This document shows, one piece after another, positions 22,701 to 31,470 of a stretch of DNA of 64,000 nucleotides. The translations under genes were made by a program, and so were the position numbers. The notes under the pieces are model-generated. The model did no database searches and was not told where the DNA came from. It worked only from the letters and a program-made list of their open reading frames with translations. The stretch spans positions 558,001 through 622,000 of the forward strand of contig OZ251231.1 in NCBI GenBank assembly GCA_965240325.2, written 5' to 3'. Source of the stretch: Rebecca billardiae RCC1528 (Eukaryota; Protista; Haptophyta). How positions within the stretch are numbered: the stretch's first letter is position 1; every line of letters begins with the position of its first letter.

Positions 22701-22975
22701 CGTGCGCGTGGCTGTGCATGCTCGGCATCTTCGCCGGGCTGTGCATCACGCTGCTCATCCTCACCGCCGCGCTCGGCCCGGAGAATGCCGAGGCGATGGT
22801 CTCGTCGTGGGCGCTGGCCGTCAGCTACTCGCTCGTGCTGCAGACGCCGGTCACGCTCGTGCTCACGCGCTGCCTGCACGAGCTCATCGACGGCTGCGTG
22901 AGCCTCAACCTCGTCATGCAGCTGGGCGCGTGCGCCGAGCGCACGGGCTCGGCCATCTGCTTCTTGTTCCAGTGA
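16727..22975 (+). CDS. Polycystin-1/REJ-like receptor (signal peptide, IPT/TIG repeats, REJ region, GPS, ~5 TM, EF-hand)
   Basis: Signal peptide; IPT-like motifs (LHPPAGPVGGGTVVTLEGRGF, ILPTSGPFGGGTAVRGSGF); REJ-like LRVDASASVDPD and GVALTTAFELSAPGW; canonical GPS CLWWNEAEARWSGAGC...CACTHLTDF; EF loop DIGHDGQVDEADF. Single 2082-aa ORF. Confidence 0.85.
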   Translation: MTRTSALGALALLTFSVPSAAAAGAVLAGVTPTGAPLSAAAAELALTLRGAGFDSLADAGALSCAFAPAEAGGGYALAPSATTPATLVDDRTATCAPPAAGELGAHGAGAFALRLLAAAGAREVPALFDEVSVTMYNTASVVVHALHPPAGPVGGGTVVTLEGRGFADHGDGQLCCVLPAVDARACAAPAELLPSVNGTSRARCTTPPAAAAASVPLELSLRAGAPNSSTASGMQFHYYDEPTVSSILPTSGPFGGGTAVRGSGFDALLDAGLDPRELLRVSFGGAVAPAAQSVEEGSVVVNAPGHGLHGAAQVRVALNGQQFSPAAQAEGGGVLFTPTGLHAPALLRAHLGATATTLELHFDAQPTDRASMPPGASACAPVLDDATLALVRGEGEAAAVCEWAGASLLVAQLGPRTALAPGAAVGVRAGAVGPASCAPACSENLLAEAQTATVPLDAPCGEGGACPAPSAALSGARSVSSCANETLRLDATASTGGGAAYPLEFDWRLDPATTDAPAAEAERVSAQLRALPPTASAARVVLPAGGAAYGFAVRVRSALGPPSAPAFWAVQRVAAPAPQVTVDGPARRAARADVAHVLSAASTLAACWPAGMSAEVAYAWSVLGVTDAETGEPVELGAVSVPELSARSASVRVPARSLSGGHAYEIGVVATMAAWPAASANASVTLVVRAQPLRAVIAGGDRRVGAADALRVDASASVDPDAPAAADADAADDDDDDDDADAAAAPPPLAFAWRWVQGTAAGEAAEDATVGVALAALAANATAALFELPPDSLQSGRSYFLEVSVSAPARPEAARARAAVALAVVAGSVPTIRFAPLEAPAYVSDFALPTAPRLAIRTSLDDPDGGSAQWEFAWRALVNGAGGAASAAPLNLADTSAVTTTGGVGPSLAFRRGALTPGATYTFELTASAPGRASALGSVTVAIRAPPFAGGLSLEPSRGVALTTAFELSAPGWVPAGDGPEGLPLGYAFSHAGTRADGGALPAEPLGPERASAQLPELLLPAGNGTVTVRVCDALGACAARGTAVAVEPLGGEARDAVLATLADGAAVLAAAGRADSAYRLVRAMATELDISAQTSGGAAGLAVDRSRLIELSGLAAAAGGTALSAGARAQAAAVLRAVLSGAADASDELAADARSGGAAQAAELASLAVETGVDDDTAANLLGAVDGALSGVAGAGGADAGRAVLPAPLSPDEASSLRNSVESAVRALGAALLPGLARGEGAASARAGSLSVTASRHAPSALGGASVSAPGDLGSVRISAQAVARAVESSATLGADEDTGGAGDVRDLAVVLWSSVANVHEPPAAAGSAADGTALGGLGTRVLSATVVSPTRTTTALEVSGLDEAGALVLRIPRAAGATADDAVDQCLWWNEAEARWSGAGCEARADESTADSLVCACTHLTDFAGVRVPKDRDEADEQVSAVKLTTADDDDARTALDADRAAPGSSLIHSVIYVLAALNALGLAIALLADRRGLARLGAAGGGGGLKALQGGSATGTHRGTPMSGSRTPAVGGAGAVQPTAPSVGSAGSHASTPAGSARLSGPSAAVGLRRAPKQSATVAPIVDPDGRTATQRVRDRARETAVVPIGEHGARADDDGAAPGAEAAEGAPAPAAGAKAPATADPPAASAHASAPGAAVPDRAAAQQPQQQQQQQQQPQQQQQQQQRRAPGTRTASLTLSSWSSRSSSLLDSTRLWRAAERAASLHPVLALFRASDGLIRRTELAQSLFNLLALQLVLEALVFESGQQTRADGDGATRVEPEPPGLLTLLLYALIVGAIAAPAPPLFRLIWWAGRSSAREPPSWLLFRVLRAGPRAHGAGGLAEEGARSRAGAGDDDELGVPPISRWAQRAAGGRTRLTDAEVATIRDALTRAELAMLTERFASHAAPAETGEPMPTLSEDGVRGMLDAADEPLPPGLARRLTRELDIGHDGQVDEADFVAWYARRKQLERAAEPLQRALRRCAPPDAVRGACAWLCMLGIFAGLCITLLILTAALGPENAEAMVSSWALAVSYSLVLQTPVTLVLTRCLHELIDGCVSLNLVMQLGACAERTGSAICFLFQ
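21722..21784 (+). repeat. (CAG)n tract encoding interrupted polyglutamine
   Basis: CAG run with two CCG interruptions, encoding QQPQQQQQQQQQPQQQQQQQQ in the polycystin-like CDS. Confidence 0.95.
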
Positions 22976-23542
22976 GGCGTCGGCGTGAACGGCGTAAGCG
23001 CTCGTCCGACGTGTCAGTCAGTCAGTCACGAGCCCAGGGCGGGCAAGGGTTGGTAACGTCGGCGCCGATGATGCGTGATGATCCGATCTATGGCCGATGA
23101 TGATGCGCTCGTCATGCTGATGCCTGCTTGCCGCGCAGTGTCGTCGTCGTCCGATTATTTATTGCTGCATCATCGTCATCGATCATATCATCATCGTCAT
23201 CGCGTCGCGTCATCATCAGCGCCAGCATGCAGTGATGTCACAGTTCTGATGAGTTAACGGCTACGCACCGGCACTAGCTTTAAATGAGTAGCTACTCGAT
23301 CGCCGCCGTCACGGCGTCAGCCGTCAGTCCCCGTCTCGCCTCTCATCAGTCTGACGACGAATCTGATGATGGTCAGTAGTCGGCCTCGGCTCGGGCTCGG
23401 CCTTTGCTCGATCGCGCGGTCTCTGATGAGAGCAGTCAGCAGATGATTCGTCAGACTTATGAATAGACGAGCGAGGACGAGTCGTCTGCCGCTGACGAGT
23501 GACGACGCACGACGATGACGCGACTCTGACACGCGACGCGCC

Positions 23543-25617
23543 TCAGTCCAGCTCGGATGCCTCGATGCTCCTGTTCGCCTGCCAGACAGCCGAGTTGCAC
23601 TTGAACCCGCTGCCAAAGCCAATCTGCCAGATCTTGTCGCCACGGCTGCGCGGCGTCCGTGTCGCGTGTCGCGCGGAGCGGCGGGGCGGCGGGGCGCACG
23701 GTGAGCCGAGCTTCCCAGCGAGCCCCACCCGCGCCGCGCCGCGCCGCGCGCGCACCGGACCCGCCCGGACTTCTCGAGGAAGTCCATTTCGTACCACACG
23801 GACGCGGAGGAGACGTTGCCCCAGCGCCACAGCGAGTAGCGCGAGGGCTCGAGGTGGTGGTCTGTGAGCGAGAGGTTCTTCTGGATGGCGTCGAGGACGG
23901 CGCGGCCGCCCGTGTGGATGCAGAAGTGGCTCACCGCCTTGGTGAAGTCGGGCACGTACCCCTTCACCCCTTTCAGCTTGAGCCACTTGCGCGCGACGTA
24001 GCTGGCGAGGAAGCGCGCCTGCTCGGAGACGGGCAGGATCAGCGGACCGAGCACCGTGATGTTCGTCTTCATCGCCTCGCCCGCGCAGTCCATCACGTTC
24101 TTCTGCAGCCGCACGCCGACGTGCCCCGCCTTGTCCTCCTCCTGGAACACGCACCGGTACGCGCCGTCGTCGCCGCCCTTGTGCGTGCGCACCGTGTGCA
24201 GCAGCGTGTACTTGGCGCGCCGCCTGTCCGCGTGCCGCCCAGAGAGCAGCACCGCCGCGCCGCCCATCCGGAAGAGCGTGTTCGAGATGAGCATCGACTT
24301 CTCGTTGCCCTGGTAGAAGTTCTGCGTGATGTTCTCCGTCGAGATCACCAGCGCGCGCTTGCGCGGGTACACCTGCGCGGCGCGGCCGGCAGGGCGGCGG
24401 GCGCGTGAGCGAGCCGCAGTCGGAGCCGCAGAGGGCGGCGGCAGCGCCGCTGCGCCCGCGCCGCCGTGCGCGCTCGCGCGCGGCTCGGGCGTGGGTGGGC
24501 GGCGCGTGCAGAGGTGCACGGCCGGCGAGGCGCGGGAGGGGCGGCACGGCACACCACGCGCCGCACGGCGCACACGCCCCGCCCCGGCTGCGCCGGCGCA
24601 CGCGCCCCTGGCCCAGGAAGCGGCGCGCGCACACACGCACCTGCAGCAAGTCCTTTGCGAGATGTACTGAGATGATGCCCGCCGAGCAGCCCATCCCGCC
24701 GAGCGAGTAGGACTGGATCGAGTCCTTCATCTTGTAGTGGTTGATCACGATCGCCGCGAGCGACGGCGTCGGGTTGAAGAGCGAGCAGTTGATCACCAGA
24801 ATGTCGATCTGCGCCGCAGCGGGCGCACAGGCAGTCCAGCGCGCAGGCGAGCGTGCGGGGCCGCGGCGGCGGTGAGCGATCACGCGCGCCGGCCGCGGGG
24901 ATGCCGTGCTCGCTGCGTGCGGCGCGGCGCGCGGGCGCCGAGGCTCACATCGGACGGCTTGGTGCGCGTCTTGCTGAACAGCTCGTCGCACGTCGAGAAG
25001 ATCACGCGCTCGAACTCGGTGCGAGCCGCCGCCATCGAGAAGTCGAACTCACACTCGCCCTTCTTGTAGTCGCGGATGCCTGGCGGGAAGTAGCACTTGT
25101 CCGAGATCTGATTGCGCTCGAAGAGCTTCATCTGGAAGTCGACCGACTCCTTGGTGAAGTTGCCGCACTCGGTCACGGTCTCGCGGAAGAAGTCGGCGGT
25201 CGCGCACAGCCGACCGTCGTCCTCCTCGCGCGGCATGCGCCACGTCGCAAAGTCGACCAGGTACACGGGGCGCGGGCGGCGCAGGGCGTAGACGGTGAAG
25301 AAGAAGCCGGCGACGAGGGTGAAGCTCGCCGTGTATACCACCTCGAGGTGCAGCGAGTTGCGCAGCTCCACCAGGTCGTCCACGGTCACCTTTGGCGCGT
25401 GGATCACCGCCGCCGCCATGAGCAGCGCGACCGCGAGGATCTGCGTGCTGCGGATGACGAGCGGGTGCACGCCCTCGTCGAGGACGCGCAGCGCCTCGCG
25501 CATCTTCACATGCGTCCGCCCCGGGTAGGTGTACGCATCCCGCGCACTCCCCCCGGCGTACGGCGAGAGCGGCGGCTCCTCCGCGGCACCGCCTCGATTC
25601 GTGGCGCGGGACGACAT
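23543..25617 (-). CDS. KCS: 3-ketoacyl-CoA synthase (FAE1/KCS-type very-long-chain fatty acid elongase condensing enzyme); exons 25617-24949, 24808-24641, 24372-23756, 23645-23543
   Basis: Motifs [35 protein letters not shown] (catalytic Cys), [27 protein letters not shown] (His), WGNVSSAS (Asn) and [20 protein letters not shown]. Three GT-AG introns in consistent phase. Confidence 0.95.
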
Positions 25618-25805
25618 GCTGCTCCGAATACAACGGCACCGTGCCGTGTTTCGGAGCACGCGCGGTCGCCATTCACAGCTTGACGAACCCGGCCAACCGT
25701 CTTTCCGCGCTTCGTCCTTTCGCGCCGCCGTTGAGACCGGCGAGGGCCCGGCGGCAGGCACTGAGGCAGCGCTCTGGCCGTGACTGCCGCAGTCTGACCA
25801 GACGC

Positions 25806-27901
25806 TCAGCCGTAGGCCTCGCGAGCGCGCGACGTGAAGTCTTCGAGCCGCGAGAGCCGCCTGACCACATCCGATGCCGCCTGCTCCCTCCCCCACGCGC
25901 CCGACTCCGACTCGGCTGTGCGTGGACCGCGGGCCGCGGCCGCGCGAGCCCCGGCCGACGCCGCAGAACGGTCCGGTCGCCCTGCGAAAGCTGACGAGGC
26001 CGGCGGTGACGCTGCCCGAGCGGGGCGTCGGCCCTCAGCCGCGCCGCCGTCAAAGTAGGCGCCCACCGACACGCGCCCGCGCGCATGGTCCTCCTTGCCG
26101 TCGCCGCCGGGCAGCACGTCGGCTGCGCCCCCGCTGACCACGACAGTGGGAGGCCCATCGCCCTCGCCCCCGGCCACAGCGCCGCGCGCCGCGGGGCGTG
26201 GGTCCGCCCACCGCTCCTCCGCGCCGTGCGGCGGCGCGCCGCCCGCTGCCGCGCCCACACGGGACGGCCCCAGCCCGGCGTCCCCCACCGAGCCCGACCC
26301 ACGCCTGCGCGCCAGCGCCGCTCTGAACAACTCCTCCGCCTCCGCGCGTACGCCGCGAAGCTCGCCAAGCGCGAGCGCGCGCCGCGCGGCCGCGCGCACC
26401 TCCGACTCCGACGGCGCGGCGATCGACGTGCCGCCGGCCGCCGGGCGGTGTGCCGCTGCCGCGCCCGTGGGCGCGCACGGCTGGGCTGCGCCGCCGTGCT
26501 CCGGCCCGGAGCACGCCGCGCCGACCACCTGCCCTGCGCTCTCGCGCAGCGCGCGCGCCAGCGTGCTGTAGGGCCCAGCGCCGCGGTGCACCTCGGCGGC
26601 GCGCGCGTGCGCGCCCGCCACGAACGCGTCCCCTGCGGCCGGTGCGGGCGGGCGTGCCGCTCGCCGCACCGGCCAGCCCGCGCCAGCCGAGCCCACGGAG
26701 CGTGCTGGGGTGTCCGCGAACGCGTTCGCCGCGAGCGGCGGGAAGAGCGGCGGCGGCTCGGCCCGATAGCTCGGCGGAAGCTCGGCCGCCCCCGGACTCT
26801 GGTCCCCCGGACTCTGGGCCGGACTCCCAGCACCGGCCTCGCCGGCCGTGCCGGCGCGCCCCGCGCGCGGCCCCGCGCGCTGGCGCCCGCCCTCCCCCAC
26901 CGACTCGTCGGCGTTCTCCTCGGCTTCCCGCCCGAACACGAGCCGGACCCGCGACAGCGCCGCGCGCGCCTCAAAGCGCACGGCCGCGAGGCGCGGCTCC
27001 TGCGGGGTGGCGCCGACGAGCACGCGGGCCGCCTCGGCGCGCAGCGGCGCCATGAGCTGGTCGAGCGAGGCGGGCGGTGGCGTGCCGTCTGCCACGCCGC
27101 CCTCGGCCTCGTCCAGAGAGCCGCCCTCACCGCCGCCTCCGTGCGCATGCGCGCCCGCCGGGTCCTCCAGGTCAGCGTTCGCGTCCGCGGCGGAACGCAG
27201 CCCAGCTTCGAGCGCGCGGCGTGCGGCGTCGATCTCGTCGATGCGCGCGCGCACGTGCTCGAGCTGCGTGCGGATGGGCGCGACGAGCGCGCGCTCCTCA
27301 TCCTCGAGCTGCGCGCCCCATCCGGCACCGCCCAGCGCGTGGCACCGGCCGCGTCCGGGCGTAGTGTGAGTAATGTGAGTAGGAGCCAGAGCATGCAGGC
27401 GGCGCACGCGGGCGCGGCGTGGGCGCGACGGGCGCGAGGGCGCGCGCGCGCACCTGCGCGAGGAGCTGCACGAACCACGCCGCGAGCTCCCGCCGCAGCG
27501 CCTCGTGCCGCGCCTCCGCCTCCGCGTGCACGTCGCGCCGCTTGCGCGCAGCGCTCCTGAGAATCCCGAGCAGGTCGTGTTCTGCCGTCACGTGCTGTTG
27601 CTTGAGGTGCTTGAGCTGGTCGATCTGGCTGCGCGGGCGCGGGCGCGGGCACGGGCGCGCGCGCACGCTCAGCGCACGCTCAGCCGGCATGGCGAGCGCA
27701 CGCGCGTGCACCACACCTCGTGTACGGCGCCTCGCTGGCGGTAGAAGGCGCGCGCTTCGGGTCGCGACGGCGCTCATCCTGCTCGGCGGCGTGGTCGGTC
27801 GGGAGGAAAGGGTCGAACGCGTCACCCGCGCCGTCATCGTCGTCTTCCCCATCGAGCCACGCGCGCTCCGGCTCGAGATCTACCCACGACTGCTCGCTCA
27901 T
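25806..27901 (-). CDS. Hypothetical multi-exon coiled-coil protein
   Basis: Starts MSEQSWVDLE. Coding-like segments (QIDQLKHLKQQHVTAEHDLLGILR; LEDEERALVAPIRTQLEHVRARIDEID) are separated by GC-rich intron-like stretches with GT/AG ends. No family recognised. Confidence 0.55.
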
Positions 27902-28215
27902 GGCGTCGCGAGGATCGCCAGGCGCTCAGTCGCTCACGTCCACTGCGCGCGAGCGGCGATCCACACGCCGCCCACCGCAGCCGCTCGCGCGCCGCGCGCG
28001 CGCGGGCGCCGCTGCAAGAAAAGAAAAGCTGCTTTTCGCCTTTTCTCTGGCGCGCGGAGTTTCCGTTCGTGACGACGCGACATCAATGATGCTGGCTTTC
28101 TGACTCTGAAATTGCCTGACGAGTGACGAACGACCAGCGCTCGCGCTTTCAGCTTGGAGCTTGTCGAAGCTTACGTGGCAGCTTCACACGTCTGGAGCCG
28201 CATCCACGGCCATCC

Positions 28216-28822
28216 ATGATGGCGCCGGCCTTTCGTCTCTGCGTTGCCCTCGCGCTCTTCGGGCTGGCGGCGGGCGCCCGGGAGGACCCGTCAGAATGCG
28301 AGGGTACGCGCACGCCGTACATCCCCTCCGCCATGAGCGCGCCCTCACGCTCGCGCCTGCGCCTCCCCACACGCTGCGCGCGCAGTGTGCAAGGCAGTGC
28401 TGGGGCATATCGATGAGGGTCTCAGCGCAGATGAGCGCAAGGACGTGCTCAAGATCGAGGCGACGATGCAGACATACTGCGATACTGCTACTGGCAAGAA
28501 CAAGACGATGTGCTACTACATGGGCATTGGCGACAAGTTGACTGGGACGGCAGGTGGGGTGAAGCGTGAGATCAGCAGCAGCTTCAGCCGTGGCATCAAC
28601 GCAAAGAGGCTGTGCACGCGCCTGAAGAAGATGGACGGGCAGATGTGCGAGCTGAAGTACGAGAAGGAGATCGATCTGAACACCGTCGACTTCAACAAGC
28701 TGCGCGTGAAGGAGCTGCGCAAGATCATGGATGACAAGGGCATCGAGTGCGTTGGATGCGCAGAGAAGGCCGACTACATCTCAGCAATCAAGAAGTACAT
28801 GGGCGTCAAGGATGAGGTCTGA
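28216..28822 (+). CDS. MANF: MANF/ARMET-like ER protein (intron 28304-28385)
   Basis: Signal peptide; spliced ECEVCK; saposin-like Cys pattern (CYYMG, LCTRLKKMDGQMCELKY); SAP-like KLRVKELRKIM..CVGCAEKADYI; C-terminal KDEV ER-retention-like signal. Confidence 0.9.
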
Positions 28823-29322
28823 GCGGTGGCCACCGGGCAGCCGCCGCCGCGTCAGCGCACGTAGCTCCAGCCGAAAGCGGCCCATCGAGGCGCGCGCGAA
28901 CCACCCCGGATGAGCAGCCGGCAGGCTGTGCCCGAATGCCAGTGTCCTGCTGACGAGTCTGGCCATGCTGATTGCTGACACGGCCTGCCACTGCGCGCAA
29001 TCATTCTCTCGGTGCTTCGCTGAGGCGGCTCTGGCTCCGGTTGACCCCTGCCAGTCCGGTCATAGAAACCGGGCGCGTATCGAAAATGATCTTCGCATTC
29101 GATCCTGCGGCCGAATGAATATTGAATACGCCCCGGAAGTGTCCCACAGGGCCGCCCAAGAATTATATTTACTGACGACCGGCGCGGGGTAAGTTGCTCA
29201 ATAGTCAATAATCTAGAGTACTTATATTGGATGATGGCCAAAATCAAAGAAGTATATTCATCATTAGTCCAGACAAGTGCCCGGGCGGGTGTGAAACTCA
29301 GTTTGTCGTGATGACGACTTCG

Positions 29323-29500
29323 GACTCTATTTTTCATATATAGCTATATATTTATATATGTACCCAGTCGGTCCGGTGGCATATTTCCAATAGCTACGAC
29401 TACGAGTAACTACATGAAGCCTAGTACATCCGGATCGCGCCCGGACCGTGTTCTCAACCAGAGTCTGAACTGGGTAAATACATATAGTAAAAATAGAGTC
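29323..29500. repeat. Degenerate AT-rich inverted repeat (possible old MITE)
   Basis: GACTCTATTTTTCATATA...TACCCAGT (29323-29368) pairs imperfectly with ACTGGGTAAATACATATAGTAAAAATAGAGTC (29469-29500). Confidence 0.45.
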
Positions 29501-30911
29501 GTAGGAAATGTTCTGAGGAAGTGCTTGTTGGCCCAATATCGCTCTGAAGTTATCATCTAGGCATCCGTTGAGGTCCTCCTGAGTCCTGTGCAGTTTTCAC
29601 GAGTGACTTCATGAAGGAGCTCACAAGTCACAGTGCCCGTCTCTGGCAGGGGTCAACCGAAGCCAGAGCCAGGCCAGCTGCTCCCGCGATCGGAAATTCG
29701 GAAACTACTCGGAATCAGAATGTCTGGCGGTGACACGTGCCGCTGATGATGGACGACAGACGGTAGTTCCCGTCCGGGCAGAGCTGGCAGCCGGTGTAAC
29801 TCGGTAGCTAGTAGTCCGAAGACACTCCGAAGTGACTCAGGCAGCACTGACGGTACTCCTTTAGAAGTTTACTAAGTATACGGACGAATAATAAGGGACG
29901 CACACAGACGAGCCCACCAACCGTCACTGCTGTCTAGAACCACGTTTTATAAAATCACGCGTTTCAAAACTTGTTAGATCTGCTTTGATCAAGAAAAAGG
30001 GGCCGGGGGCGCGCGGGCGATTTTCAGTCGTAGAGTATACTTGTTGTGAATGTGACGTGATCGTCCGTTGGCTCGTAATCAGCTGCGTATGACACTACGC
30101 GCCACGTCAGTAATAGTATGGGCGGGCAGCTGGCGACGACTCCGACTGCTGCTCAGCAGGCAGCAGAGTCGTCAGCGATAATAAACCGTCTGCGGAATCG
30201 CCCGCTTAGAATAGAACCATGCCATGACGGCGCCGCGGCGGCCCCGCGGCCCGTGCGTCGCCCCGCGCGGCCCGGGTGATGACCGGGCCTATACTTGACA
30301 GGCCGGGCGTGCGGAGATACGATGTGAGTTGTGACCCTGTAAGACATTCCGGCCATCGGTCAGCAGACCGCTCTGACTCGGATCGGGGGCAGCGGCGCCT
30401 GACGCCGGGCCGGGGGCGCCGCGCCAGAGTAGCCGGGGCGAGGCGGCCCGCTGCAGCACTGCACGCGCGAGCCGCATCCCTCGGCTCCTTCTCGCCCAGC
30501 AGGGCGCCCGCTTACTCCAGCGCAGCGCGCACGCGCGGCGCAAGCCGCGGCAGCAGACGCACCTGCAGGCGTGCAGCATGGCTGACGACGGCCGGATCGA
30601 TTATTGAGCCGCCATCGTGGCGATGACTACCGACCGGTCCGAACTCCGAAGCAGCGGCTGCAGGCGGCAGCCCCTGCAGCGCTGGAGAGGACGCAGGCGT
30701 CGTCGTCCACGCGGCGTCACGGTGCACGGGACCGGCCTGGAGAAGGATGCTCGGGCTGTTAGGGCGGTTGGCGAGCACCCGTGCGGCTGCATGCCCGCGT
30801 AGCGCGTATAGGCTGCGTGTGCGCGTGCCCCCTTCGCCCGCTCTCGCCTGTGCTGCGCAACGACGGGCGATGCTGAACGCTGGCGGCCCATCACGCCGGC
30901 CAGACAACAAG

Positions 30912-31330
30912 ATGATCAACTAGCAGCTCACGGGCGCACGTGACGCGGAACGCATCCTCGAAGTGTGCGATGCGCACGGCCACGCGTTCAACAGGGTGGA
31001 CGAGGCCACCGCCATCTCTCGACTGGGTCGCAACGCGCGCACGTCGCGCGGCCACGCGCCGTGCACCGACAAGCGCTTCAGCGCCCTGCTCGAGCGCGTG
31101 GAGCGGCGGCTGGAGGGCACTGCAGTCGACGGCTCGCTGTATCGCGTCCGAGAAGCTGCCAACCTCGCGCACGGCCTGGGCAAGCTGCAGCCGACCAAGT
31201 GTGGTGCCAAGCGCGCATTCGGCGCGATCGCGCGGGAGGCCGAGGCGCGCGGGAGCGAGTTCAATGCGCATGACATGGCCAACACGGCGTGGGCGTACGC
31301 CACAGCTGGCGTGGACGCGCGCAGTGTAGC
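30912..31330 (+). pseudogene. Truncated OPR/FASTK-RAP-type helical-repeat RNA-binding protein remnant
   Basis: Reads MIN*QLTGARDAERILEVCDAHGHAFNRVDEATAISRLG...REAANLAHGLGKL...EFNAHDMANTAWAYATAG. In-frame TAG at 30921-30923; the repeats stop abruptly and no RAP domain follows. Confidence 0.6.
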
Positions 31331-31470
31331 CTGCCGTCGTCAGCGCGGCGGAAGAGGGCCGCCGCCATCGTCGCCCGGACTTGCATCATCAAGCTCCGGT
31401 GCGGGAGCACTGCTCATCGGGCGTCGTCGTCAGGAGGCGGCACCGCGTTCGGTCGGCCTCACCGAAAGGG

